A stretch of DNA of 64,000 bases from the NCBI GenBank assembly GCA_011109175.1, contig RDEW01000031.1, forward strand, positions 124,001 through 188,000, given 5' to 3'. Positions within the stretch are counted from its first letter, which is position 1. Every line of letters starts with the position of its first letter. A program made the position numbers and the translations under genes. Shown piece after piece: positions 1 through 12,500 of the stretch. The notes beneath the pieces are model-generated. The model made no database searches. It was not told the origin of the DNA and worked only from the letters and a program-made list of their open reading frames with translations. Source of the stretch: Dicyema japonicum. Taxonomy: Eukaryota > Animalia > Dicyemida.

Positions 1-121
1 CCTTATTTTGGATTTTTAGTAACTGAAAAAAATATGCTTATTATTTTTTGGTTAATATTCCGAGATAAGATGCTTATTATTATTAATCGTTTTAGTTGAT
101 ATGCGTTAGTCGTTTGGAGGA

Positions 122-566
122 TTTTTTTATTAACCCAGGCTTACAATCTTTGGTAATCCCAGCACAAACACTCAATTAATTAATCCAAGGGAGGAACACA
201 AGTAAGAATATCTGTTTGTGCCGAGCAAATCCATCCTCCATTAATCCATTATGGGCTTCCGTTTCAGAAGAGAGGTGGAAAAGTAGGTCAGCCCTCTTTT
301 ATTTTAATAACACGTCCTGCAGTCGCTGACATCAATTCATTTTTGGACAAAGATTTTTTATAATGGAAATCTTCACCAGTTGATTGATCAGGGAGAAGGT
401 ATGAAGATCCCTTTCAACAACTGGGTCGTGCCAGAAGGACTCGTTGCCTCATGGGTTGGATCTGTTCGACAAAAAGTGACCTTCGCTGAAAAGTCCATAC
501 TTCGGATTCGAACCCACGACTCTCAGATACGATGTCATCAGATGTTACGTTCAAACAAAAAGGCCA
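122..566 (-). mobile_element. tRNA-derived SINE, family B
   Basis: Minus strand has an A-box-like head and a GGGTTCGAATCC B-box; it ends gggattacc...cctgggttaataaaaaa. Homologous copies at 37840-38120, 48960-49420 and 56205-56540. Confidence 0.65.
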
Positions 567-859
567 TGGAGGACTTAGAGTGCTGTTCAATAAGTGTCGC
601 ATTGGACTTTTCAGACGGCTCCAATATACGATTTTGATCTTCAATAATCCTCATTGCTGATGGATTCTGCCATTTGGCAGTATTCATCATTTCACAATCG
701 TGCTTGTTCACTAATTACTTCAGGAGTATGTATAGTGCATATGAGGTAAAGCAAAATAGTCAGATCTAATCCTTGTGTCATTAAAACTGCAGTATTATTA
801 TTAACATATTGTCAAAATTGGAGTATTTTTGGCTAACTAATGAGCGGCTAAAGAAACGA

Positions 860-2200
860 GTGACCTGAATCACTTAAAATCAATAAAAATGGACAAAAAA
901 GAACAAATAACAGAGCTTACTGGACTTAAAGGAAACCAAAATATGAAGATGAAACGATGGATATACTTTGCTAATATGGATACCGGGAGAATCAGAGATT
1001 GTATCCAGGATAACATAAAGATTGTGAAGAAAAGACTTTGAATACATGCATCTAGAAAAAAATTCAGAAAACATAATTGGTGTTTTGAACTCAATCAAAG
1101 ATATTTTATAGTGGCTTAGACGAGGAGCAAGAGAATTCTCGATTTTTATTTTGGGAGAATATTTGGAACAAACAGGCGAGAAATGAGAACACATTTTTGA
1201 TGAACAAACAAGTGACTGGAGTAAAAGACACATTTGCAGACTTTAGCGAATAAAGCATCCTGGAAGTAATTGAACATCTCCCGAACTGGAGAGTTAGCAG
1301 ATGTGATGGAGTGTACAGCTTCTTCCTCAAAAAATTCACATTGATTCATGACCACCTTTGTGAGAAATCTCAAAGTTAATACACGGGAAGTTTAATCAGA
1401 TGAGTAGTTCTACGCTGGAATCACTTATCTTATCCAGAAAAAGACGTGTTCCATACCCTAAAGGACTTTAGACCAATTATGTGTATGCCAAATTTATACA
1501 AGTCGATTACGAAGTATATGAACCGAAAATTATCAGACTATATTGAGTCATACCATCTGATCAGTAACAATCAATTGGGAACACGAAGGATGTGCCAAGG
1601 ATCTGAAAAGCAGGCACTATTAAACCAATCCATCAACCAACAGAACGGGAAGAATTTGGCCACTGCGTGGATATACGTTAAAAATGCATTCGATTCAGTG
1701 GATCAAGACTTTTATTGTACTCGATAACTGGACTCCCTACTGGATTGTGACCTTTGTAAAGAACTTGGTCACGAGGTGGAAAATTAAATTGAATTTCAAC
1801 TGAAAACAAATTGGGGAATTCAGAATGAAAAAGTGAATTCTGCGGGGTGACTCGTTGTCACCCAAAATGATGAAAGAAGTGAATACTTTCTTCCAGCTGC
1901 TGGACTTGAAATAAATACGGAAAAATCAGCTACAAATGTGCAAAATCTCAGTTCTGAAGCAAAGTTGCTTGATTGAACGGATGGCTATCGATACCTCTGG
2001 GTTCTGGAAAATAAAGATAGCAAAGTCTTGAAAGAAGAAATACTAAAGTCAATCTTTGACGGAGCTAAAAAGAGGATCGACAGTCTGGCGAAGTCAAAAT
2101 TAAACTCAATGAACTTGTTTAACGCTATAAACGAATATTCCCTATCGTTGATAACTATTACATCGGAATAATTGACATCGAACCAACTGAATATGAACTG
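860..2200 (+). mobile_element. Degenerate R4/Dong-like non-LTR retrotransposon (RT region)
   Basis: ORF 1446-1727 DFRPIMCMPNLYK...QLGTRRMCQGSEKQALLN...WIYVKNAFDSV (RT domains 1-3). PNW..GCDG-like and ILRGDSLSP remnants occur in shifted frames. Confidence 0.8.
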
Positions 2201-2389
2201 ATTTTTTTACTACAGATGAATTATAAATTTTTTTCAATTTTGTGAATCAAGCTATGGGTCTTGGAAATGTCCATTTAGTCATCAGTTTACTCTCTTAATG
2301 TTAGATGAGCGATAAATTCCTAAATGTTAGATTATTTTTAAATAAAACAACATCACTCATAACTTCAATTTGTTCCCTTCTGGAACAGA

Positions 2390-2930
2390 CCACCCTCCGA
2401 AATGAGATATCTATTTGTCTCAGGATGGACCCGTGTCAGCCTCATCCATGCCGTTGTGGATCTGCTTTGGAATGAAAAGGATTTTACCCACTCTCTTCCT
2501 GTTTCAGCGGTGGTCGGTTTCAGAGGCATGCCGACAGGGTTGTGAAGGGCTCTCCTGAGGGTGCCAGATTAGCATCATCTCGGAATCAGTGGGCCTGGAA
2601 ATGGGAAGCGCCCGGACGGGGTAACTGTCTTTCCCTTCTCTAGGAGAAAGTCCTTGATTTGGAATGAGGCGTGTACCGGCAACTTTTCCCAGTCGAGACT
2701 TCCTGGTTCCACGTTGAAACCTGAGGAAGCTGCTCGGACTTTCGAGAATTTCAATAAAAGAAAATAGGACAGCCTCTCCATCGTATTCCATGTACAAACC
2801 GTAGTCATCGAGACGAGTCTTCAGGACCGATCTCTTTTTAAAATAACTTGTCAATGGTATCGAAAATGAGTAATGAATGTCAGGAACCGAACACTGTTCC
2901 AAAGGATTTCTCTGGCATTTGTCAGGGGAA
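2390..2930 (-). mobile_element. Degenerate LINE fragment (pre-RT GPD-like region, probably Ingi-like)
   Basis: GC-richer island with a frameshifted PGP.I..EML-like motif in ORFs 2504-2902 and 2575-2808. Confidence 0.35.
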
Positions 2931-2954
2931 AGGTTATTTCATAGTTTTTCTTAT

Positions 2955-3540
2955 TTATTTATTTAGAACCCAGAGGTCACCGAGAAAGAAAGACAAAAAA
3001 ACGTCAGACAGTTAGGTAATCCCAGTTCCCGCAATCAAACGAGCCATCCAACGTCTTTGGTCTCTTATTGTTCTCTCTACCGTGCGAAGAGCCTTCTCTC
3101 ATCCCTGCAGAGGAATCCGATTGGGGAGGGAAACTTCCTAACCAATCGACTTTCTTTTGCCTTGGAAAAGGACAGGCTGGACGGGTTTCCGTCCTCCTTA
3201 CAGACCCGAAGGAATGTGTTCCGTACTAGGGGTCGTATTCTGTGGAGCGTAGCCTCTGATAACGCGAATCTCAATGCAACAGAAGCATACTCCACAGCCG
3301 GGGGGATAGTTTGACGGTAGAATGTTGTAACAGAAGCATTCAAATTCAAGAGTCTTCGGACAAGCGCGCGTACAACATTCAACTTCTGCAAGTCTTTAGT
3401 GAGTTGAAATTCAACAGCCTGTCGAACATTAATCAAAGAATTGAATGATACCTTGTTACTGGTATCTGGACAAGGCCAATAAAAATTCTTTGATCTTCTT
3501 TTGAACGATGATCTGAAGTGAAAAGTGCACATATTGATTT
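2955..3540 (-). mobile_element. Ingi-like LINE 3' fragment with tail
   Basis: ORF 3077-3532 (YRQTIPPAVEYAS) resembles 25600-26000. The tail gggattacctaa...ctcggtg...gggttctaaataaa is near-identical to 63715-64000. Confidence 0.7.
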
Positions 3541-3812
3541 TTTGTCAGGAATAGTCGGTTAGTTGTCAGCCAATCATAGACGGTATTCACTCCCGCCTAA
3601 GCATAAATTATGTGCTTTACATGGTGTCTTGTGGTTCACCCGAAAAAATGTCACCCATTCCGGAAAGGAAAGAGCCATTAACTTTTTCCCACCACTTGGG
3701 GGGTTCCCGTAACTTATAGTTTTTCTTACAATTAATCAATATGAAAAAAATTAAATTCATAATTAAAACTAAATAAATAGAAAACAAATTAATTATAAAT
3801 TATAATAATTAG

Positions 3813-4940
3813 TTAATCACAAACAGCAGTACATCGATCGTAGTTTGCGCGAAAATTTCTTCCCCTAAAATTACCAACTATTAGAATACTTGAATGTATT
3901 CATCGGGATTAAACTTTTTGTCACGAATTGTCTGAAAATTGAGACTCTGAATATTATTTTATCAATTGTACTTTGAAAAATGGATGTTTAAGTACATCAT
4001 TATCATTTAAGGATCCTAGTCTACCGTGAGGGCATTTAATTAATAACTGAGATTCAAAAAATTCAAAACCTTTGATATTAAATTCTTACATTTCACATTC
4101 GTCAACATAGGGAAGCGAGGATTGAGATGTAGAATATCCCAGTAAAGTTCGCGAGTATTAGTTTTAAAATAAGGAAGCTAAAATTAATAAAGTAAAGTAT
4201 ACTTTCCCAAAATACATGTAATAAATTATTATACCAAGGGACCACCAATCCGCACCATAGGAAATTCTATTGTAGCTTAGTATTTCGGGTGAAAAATAGT
4301 GAGGTGATCCATAGTTTGCATGACAAAATGATTTACGACTTTCGTTTATTTTACTCAAATGAAAATTAGTTATTTTCACATAACCGTCTGTCCCCAACAT
4401 TAGATTCTGTAACTTAAGATCGCTAAAATATATTAAAATAAAAAACCTATGGATGATCTTGTTAGCATGCAAAAACTCTACTCCAAGAGCTACACACGCT
4501 GAGTAAAACTTTATTTGTCTATAAGAGAAGCGTTGTTTTTGCATTAAGCGTTCTAAATCACCCATCTGCATGTACTCCATGGGAAAGAAGAGATTAGACT
4601 AACAATTAATAAAATCCCAACATTATCGAAATAATGACTTTAAGTGGACAAAAAATTTATTATTTGTTCTTGTGACTAAATCAAATACTTTCACTTCATT
4701 TATTATTCTTTGCAAGTCGACTGGAGGAGTAAGACTCTGAAGTCTCACTGCGCATTTGTTTAGGTTTTTATCTTTGCACAAATCAACCTATTTATTAATA
4801 TAATGTCACTTTTCCAAATGATCCATTTCCAATTTCTTTTATTATTGTGTAATCAGTTGGGGTTGATCTAATTAAATATATTATATTGTAAACTTTTCAA
4901 TTTGCAAATTTTGTTCGTTCAATAAATTTTTCAAACTCAT
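3813..4940 (-). CDS. AGC-family (PKC/PKN-like) kinase-domain protein, multi-exon, possibly a pseudokinase or pseudogene
   Basis: Spliced reading gives EIGNGSFGK, MEYMQMGDL, HR/DLKLQN, GSPHYFSPE, DWWSLG and RLGS..DDVLKHPFF, with GT-AG introns of about 22-26 nt. Confidence 0.8.
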
Positions 4941-5074
4941 GTTTCGAAAATATTTGCTTTTCGTATTTATATTGAAGGAATTAATTTTTATTACTAATTA
5001 TATGTTTAGTCACTGTTAAATTTATACGTATTTTATTTCATGTCCTAAATTTTTTATTAAATAAAATTAAAATT

Positions 5075-5335
5075 ATTCCAAAGACCAAGGGTAACCAAAC
5101 TACTAACTCCTTGATCCGGAGTCGTTCCAGCGTTCCAGAACTTGTCTCCAGGAAACTACATTGTCCCTAGGGGAAAGATTAGTTGGATCCTCTTGATGCC
5201 GGACAAGCATTGGGCGTCTCCTCATTAAGGTGGATTCAATGACGTCATCGGAGGTAAGGAATATAATTTTTGACAAACTAGCCACATAGCACCAAATGGC
5301 GCTACGCAGCCATTGTGGAAGGAATAAAAATTTAT
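5075..5335 (-). mobile_element. Short non-autonomous Ingi-derived element with HDV-like fold
   Basis: Head and pseudoknot are homologous to 38230-38420, 31550-31670 and 46343-46654. The 3' end ggatca...ttagt...cttggt..ttggaataa resembles the Ingi-like tail at 26006-26069. Confidence 0.6.
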
Positions 5336-5439
5336 TTAAAAGTAAACAATACAAACATAATTGTTTTGAATTTTAAATAATAGAATATTTATTGTTTTAT
5401 TTTCTGTTGATTCTAGTCAATATTGGGGGAAAAACCCAC

Positions 5440-5600
5440 TTCTCTTCAAACTCTAATGAAAGATGATCGTCGTCTATTCAGGAAAGCCGTGGGTACTCTG
5501 GAGGAACATAGGAAAATCCTCTCGATCGTACCGGGATCACTTAATTAGTTGGTTTACTCTTTCTTTCTTTGTGTTTTTTTCGGGGTTATTAAATAAATAA
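5440..5600 (+). mobile_element. Ingi-like LINE 3' tail fragment
   Basis: gggatcacttaattagttgg...cggggttattaaataaa matches the tail at 26006-26069 and 46343-46400. Confidence 0.6.
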
Positions 5601-5639
5601 GTCAATACTGACAGAGCAAATTTAATGATTGACGACTTA

Positions 5640-7200
5640 TCATTCATTATAAGCTCGAAAATATTCAAATTCGGTAAATTTATGGAAATACACTTCTTTT
5701 TCAAGAAAAAACTTAAACTTCTTTTTCGAAGTGTTCAGAGTTAGACTGAGGTTTTCTAGTAAGACTAATAAAAATTTCATACAGTCCAGCATATTTTTTG
5801 GTTGACCGCTTGTGGTGCAATCATCTAAGTACCACACTTTCAAAGGTATAGAACAACATCCCGTAATACGTCTTATTTCGAGGATGAACAAGACTGGGTC
5901 CAGTAAATCCTCTTGTTAGACTCCAGGGGACGAAGGAACGAAATAATGGCCGTGGACAAGGATGGACGGTTTTCCAGCTATGTGCAAGTGTACACTTATG
6001 GACAGTGTACAAAACAATCTTCCAAGATCGCATCATGTTGTGTTAAAGGCGTTTTTAATATCAATTTTGAAGATCACGTGAGAAATATTTAGCTGTCTTT
6101 AGTGAATCTCCGGACAACGTCAACTGCTGCTTCACAATCACAGGAGTGCCGACCCCTATTTGGGCTGGTTGCAGTTGTTTGACAAGTGTGGGAAGGATCT
6201 TTTGTATGCGAATTTGAGGGTAACCTACGGAAAACCAAACCCACAGCAAGGGGGGGATTCATCCCTCTTTTATCAATGGCAGAGAACATGATGTGGCAAA
6301 TTATTTCTGCTAGTGTTCCGGAAATCATCCTATTGACTAATTTTATGATAGCCGACACAAGCCAGATTCCAGAGCTTCCCGTGTTCTGAGAAATGAGGTC
6401 TTTGAGATGCCCCGGATAGAGACCATCAAGTCGGGACGAAAGAGAGAATCCCATCTTTTACGTTCTCATCAGAAACAAGTAGATTAGGTATTTGTCGAGG
6501 ACAAGGGGGAATCCGCTGGTTGTTTGGGATACTAGAGTTTTCGCTCAACGAGCGCTGTGTAGGACTGTTCGGATGGTTCAAGTATACACTTCTGATCTGC
6601 AAGAATCCTCATGGCAGCATGAATTCCAATTTCAGAAAACTTTCGACGTATTTCACTTCGTAATCTTTCTGTTTCCGATACAATCGATGTTTCTTCTCGC
6701 AGTTTTGGGATCTGTATGTGTGCTTTTTGGAGTCAATCAATTAAGCTTTCGGGAAAGTGGATATTTTTTTACTATGGTTGTGAGTGATTTCTTTTCTTCC
6801 CCCTTGCGATGGGGTATGCATAATGTGCATAAGAAGATGGATAATAATCTTACCTAATCCTCAAAGTCAGTCGAAGGAACTGCCCTTTATAGGCAGCCCA
6901 CACAGAGTTTTGGGAATCCTGATAAAGATTCTTTGTGTGGATGTTAGATTTGAAACCAATTCAAGTACTTTCTGATGATCCAGTACCACATGTTCAACAG
7001 AAAAACGCGGAGTTGAGGATGTCGTATTTCTTGGTAGGAAGCATCGAGTCGGTAGTAACAGCAAGGGCTCTTTAGCCATTCTGACGCAGGACATGTGGAA
7101 ACCCCCACTAACCATGCAGTGGATCATCCTCTTTCTTTTGTTGCTTTTATTGCACTTTTCCAAGTCAAACACCACAACAAAAAGCTCCACGTTTGGATTA
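5640..7200 (-). mobile_element. Degenerate CRE-clade non-LTR retrotransposon
   Basis: Fragments PLAVGLVFRRL, QLQPAQIGVGTP and VWYLDDCT match the CRE ORF at 20999-22816. A Cys/His-rich N-terminal region lies at 6867-7190. Confidence 0.75.
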
Positions 7201-7688
7201 CATCGTTAATATAATTCTAACAACACTCACCCTCGCAAATTGAGGCCACATTTTGAAAATTATATGAGAAAAAATCCTATTCTCCTTATTAATTGGCCAG
7301 TTTTAAAATTAGCCACAATTTTTAATACAAATTGGAAAAAATAAGAAATTGACTTTAGAAAATACTATTTTTTTACAAAAATAACTTGCGAAGACGTATT
7401 CGATGAGAAGTTTTTCTAATTTCTTTAAATAAAAAAGTACAAAACAAGTATTATTTAAGCTAAGAAAAGCAGTTAAATATTAAATATTATTTTAATAAAT
7501 TTTAAATGTGTTTTTTTGTTCATTTAATGCATTTTCTAAAAATTGCTCTTCAAAATTATTAAGTTATTTTTTTCAAATTGGCCATTTCTCAAATTGCCAC
7601 AAAATTCTAAGGAACCAAAAATGGCAAATTTGCGAGTGTCGAGAGAATTTATCAAGAATAGTAAAAAAAACGATTGATTTGCTAGCAC

Positions 7689-8012
7689 GGATAGCGTTAT
7701 GTAACAAGTGCCGGGCAAAAAGCCTGATGACCCCATAGTTCGAATCTCGCTGCTGTACTTTTCGCCTGAAGGTTCCACGCATCTGCGATGCTTTGGCTTG
7801 ACGAGTGCCGCCGTCAACAGTGAACATCTCACTGCAGAACCGGATCATCTATAAAGGGACTCTCATATTGCAAAAAAAGATATGAAGAGCATTCCTTGGT
7901 TCTCTCTACGATTAATTATGATAACTGTTCTTTACTTAAAATAAAGTGTGTGTCCTGACTGGGAGGAGCTATAGCAAATATGGGTCTTCGTAAAGTACAT
8001 TATTTACTTATA
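7689..8012 (+). mobile_element. tRNA-derived SINE, family A
   Basis: gttcgaatc B-box, hairpin core and shared tail; flanked by TSD tgctagcac (7680-7688 / 8013-8021). Confidence 0.8.
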
Positions 8013-8032
8013 TGCTAGCACATTACATCCGA

Positions 8033-8367
8033 GCCGGGTGGCTTAGTGGTTAGGTGTCGGGCTTAAGTGGCTTAGGCTACGGGTTCGAATCTCGCTGCTG
8101 TTCACCTGGTGGAAGGTTCCACGCATCTACGATGCAGAAATGGTTTGACGAGTGACGCCGTCATCAGTGAATACTCACTGCGGAACTGGATTTGTCTAGA
8201 AAGGACACTCACACAAGAAAAAGAAAAAAAAAGTGAAGATCATTCCTTGGTTCTACGATTAGTTAAAATTAACTGTTCTTTACTTAAATAAAGTGTGTGT
8301 CCTGCCTATGCGGAGCTATAAAATACTATGGCTCTCGTGAAAAGGCTTTATTATTATTATTATTATT
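8033..8367 (+). mobile_element. tRNA-derived SINE, family A (full length)
   Basis: A-box tggcttagtgg, B-box gggttcgaatc and (TTA)n tail; TSD attacatccga (8022-8032 / 8368-8378). Confidence 0.9.
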
Positions 8368-8769
8368 ATTACATCCGATTGTTTCTGACTAATAAGCACA
8401 AGGATTAAAGTTAGCCCAACAAGATCATATTATTTGTTTAAATTATAGTGCCTGGAGCTTTACTGATTCTTTTTCTTGCACATTAAAATTCCATTTGAGT
8501 CACTCTCTTAAGTTGTTTGTTTTTGTATTTAACAAATAAAGGTCTATTTTAAACTTAAGTATTCGATTAAATTAAAAATAATACTTTTACGAAAACAAAA
8601 TCCAATAGAACAACAAAATAAAAGCCGATTAAGTTTCCTATCAAAATAAAAAACCGCAATCCTAAATAATTAAATCATGAAAAATGCTGTTATCAAACTG
8701 AGACTATCACTATTTTACAATCTTAAAACACTTCCAAATATTATTAACCAAATAATCTGTTAGTTTAGA

Positions 8770-9272
8770 CTATTTTAACATTAAAGTCACGGCCGCTATA
8801 AATAAGCATTAAAAAAGAACCATTAATATCGAAAGACTCAGCGCCTTCAGGAACTTTAATTTCATTCAGAAACGCGTCAAATTGCTCATCAGTAATCGTC
8901 TCCCCAATATTAGTAAGAACATGACGCAGTTCCTGAATGCTAATCATACCTGTCTTATTACGATCCATAGCATCAAAAGCCTCCCTGATGGATTTCTCCG
9001 TTACAGGCTTAGGAATTTTATTGTCAATTAAAAAAGCCATCTCCAACATTGATAGTTGAGTCCCTTAAAATTTACTAATGTCTATACCCTCGCCATGTTC
9101 CGCAGTTATCTTTTTAATTTCAGATTCTGATGGTGTATATCCAATCATTCTACATAAATCACCAACGACGGCGACTGGAAGAGTTTTAAGATTCTTTTTA
9201 TCTAACAGACAAAATGCTTCTTTGAATTCTATTTTTAGCGAATAATTATAAACCTTTTCGGTCCGAAACGCT
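8770..9272 (-). CDS. EF-hand protein, myosin light chain / calmodulin-like
   Basis: EFKEAFCLLDK...DLCRMIGYTPSESEIK, then IREAFDAMDRNKTGMISIQELRHVLTNIGE, with short GT-AG introns. The start codon was not located. Confidence 0.85.
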
Positions 9273-9530
9273 CTAAATTAAATTTCACAAATAATTTTTA
9301 TAATAAAAACGATAAAATGAATTAAAATTCGCAATTTATTTTAAACAAAAAACACCACCAACCATACGAGATGCAAATAAGGTAATATTTAAAACTTAAT
9401 TAAGAATTAATTTAATTAATCAATCAAATATTTATTAATAATATATATTAAATATTTTAAAACCATAAGCCTATTTTTTCATAATTAATTTCTGTCTTAT
9501 TTTTTAACTTGACTTCACAAAAGTAATTGA

Positions 9531-12500
9531 GTAATTATACCAAGGAAAAATAGAAGTGATTTATGCTAATGATGTCGACCTAATTTCTGAAGACAAAGAA
9601 CTCCAGGAGCATGTACTAGAAAAAGCACCAGATATACTTGGGAAATGAATTCTCACCGTGAACAGGGAAAAAACAGAACGGACAGAAATAAGACGAATGA
9701 ATAACTCACTCGAAGAGAAATGGAGACACATAAAGAAACTTGGCTCTCTACTAGGAGATAGCGAAGACATCATACGGAGAAAAACATTGGAAAATGCGGC
9801 ATTACACAAGCTGAAAAATCTTTGGCTAAAACGGAAAGGGTATAACATAAAACAAAGGATTATGTTATACGACACCTTCATCAAACCATTCCTACTATAC
9901 AATTCTGGGACCTGGGCCACCTATAAAGAGGAATTGGAGAGGCTAGACTCATTTCACAGGAATCATCTAAGAAACATAACTGGAATGTCCTGGCCATCCA
10001 AGATTTCGCAAAATGGACTGTACAATAAGTGTGACTGTACACCATTAAGCCACGAGATCATTAGCTCTCGTTGGAGATTTTTTGGACACGTCCTGAGGTT
10101 GGACCCGATATCCTCTCCGAATATCGCAATGGAAGATTACTACTTTTCCAATGTAAAACGCTTTCGTGGAAGACCGAGAACTACCCTCCCGGTCGTTCTA
10201 CAAAACGATCTGAAAGCCGTGAAGAAAACATTGGCATCTGGTGACGATCTGGACTCACTGAGGGACCTAGCAAAGAACAGAAGAGCTTGGAGCAACCTAA
10301 CTTATGTTATGTTATGTTGTCCGAATATGTCGTGTCCGACCCTTGGAGATTTCATCATATAACGTGTTGTTACAACGTGTTGTTGTGGTGTTTATACATT
10401 CTCTGAAACTTATTCCAATATAAGAGCTGTTGATCGGTAAAGACCTGGCAACCTACCCTGTATTTAAATGCCAAGAAAATCTTATAAGCAAACTCTCCTA
10501 CGATCTAATTGGATGCAACGTTACTGCAAAACATCAAATCTCGAGTCTTCGTCACACAGAATCTCACAATTTCGCAACATGGAACGTAAGAGGCTTAAAC
10601 AAAGGGAAACTAGAAGTCGTAAAAAGAGAAATGAGAAGGCTTGATATTGACCTTCTTGGAGTAAGCGAACTTCATTGGATTGACAGTGGTTTTTTTCGTT
10701 CTGATGATTTCGTAATATATTTTTCTGGTAACACAGAAACGGAGTGGCCTTCATTGCTTCAAAGAAAATTGCACCTGCTATTGAAAGTCATAGAATATTT
10801 AATGATCGGATAATACTAATCCACGTCCGTGGACGACCATTGAATATTACGGTCATGCAAGTGTATGCCCCAACATCTATTGCCAAGGATGACGAAATTG
10901 ACCAATTTTATTATGAATTTCAAGAGGCACTAAAACTAATACCCAAAAAGGACATAACCTACATAATGGTGGATTTCAATTCAAAAGTTGGGTGTATGCC
11001 ACATATGGATATTGTGGGAAGTTTTGGTTTGGAGAAAATAATTTATGCTGGGGATCGACTGGTCCAATTCTGTCAGGAAAATGGATTTCAGATAACTAAC
11101 ACATGGTTCAAACAGCACAAACGACGATTATACACTTGGACGTCGCCAAATGGAATGTCTAGGAACCAGATTGATTATAATTTGTGCGCCAAACGTTGGA
11201 AAAGCTCTATAAAAGCCGTCAAAATATATCCAGGGGCAGACTGTGAAACAGACCATCAGCTACTTGTTGCAAAAATTAGGACGAAATTCAGTAACACTCG
11301 GAATACCTTCCCGAGTAAAGAAATTCGATGTCTCAAACATACCACCAGACTACGCAATGGAAGTTAAGCACAATATTGGATTACTGGATTTGAACGGAAG
11401 GATGCCTGATGAATTATGGAATGATATGCAGTTGGCTATCTGGTACGCTGCAATAAAACATGTCAAATAGAAAACGCCGGCCAAGTGCTCTGAGTGGCTC
11501 TCTGCCAACACCCTAAACATTGCTGAGCTCGTAAAGCTGCTAAAATCTCTGGGAATATAGACGAGATAAAAAAACTTAACTCTGAATTCAAAAAGGCAGC
11601 CAGGAAGGATAAAGAAGACTACTGGAGGTTACACTGCAAAAAAATAGATGACTATAAGAGAGGTCACACTAGGAATGCGTATTTACAACTAAAAAGATTA
11701 CGAACCCCCTTTACGAAAATGATGGGCAAAATCAAGGACAAGGATAGTGTTGAATTGCTAGGCCAACATAACATCCGAAATCGTTGGAGAGAATATACGG
11801 AACGGCTATATTCAGAAACTGTGTGCCCACCCATATGTGTTGATGAAGCAACGTTGGGTGAGGGGCATAAAATCCTTGAGGAGGAATGCGTGTGGGCTAC
11901 ATGGCAATTAACGGGGAACAAGGCACTGGGGATTGACAACATCTCAAGCGAATTGTTGAAGGCTATACCGGTGACAGCTATCACCAGTCTATGTCAAAAA
12001 ATTTGGGAAAATGGTATTTGGCCACGCGAGTGGAAAAGATCTATATTAATTCCAATACCGAAAAAAGGGGATAGCAAGGACTGTTCTATCGTACAATAGC
12101 CTTAATTCCTCACGTCAGCAAAATAGTTCTAAAGATAATACAACATCGTCTAATGCCAAATGCCGAAATGCTTCTACCGGAGGTCCAAACAGGATTCAGG
12201 AAGGGACTAGGCACACGTTACCATATAGTAAATTTCCGGTGGATTATGGAGAAAGCTCTTGAATCCCAAAAGAGTGTATACATGTGCTTCATTGACTATC
12301 GAAAAGGTTTTGATTCCGTTATACATGACAAGCTGTGGTCAGTTTTAAAAGAATTTGGATTCGATGCCCATCTGATATTGCTTATCAAATCTCTTTATAA
12401 GGATCAAGAAGCTACTGTTAGAACAGTGTATGGAAATACCGATTGGTTCAAAATTTGTAAAGGAATAAGACAAGGATGCTTATTATATCCTATTCAATAT

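Noticed and set aside
8143-8175. CTGATGA in the antisense SINE A core, and at 7733 and 40966
   Set aside because: No GAAA after a stem II; explained by SINE hairpins or tRNA-derived sequence.
10400-10500. Possible HDV-like ribozyme in the RTE 5' UTR
   Set aside because: Only a P4-like ggca/tgcc pairing was seen; P1, P3 and a catalytic C could not be assigned.
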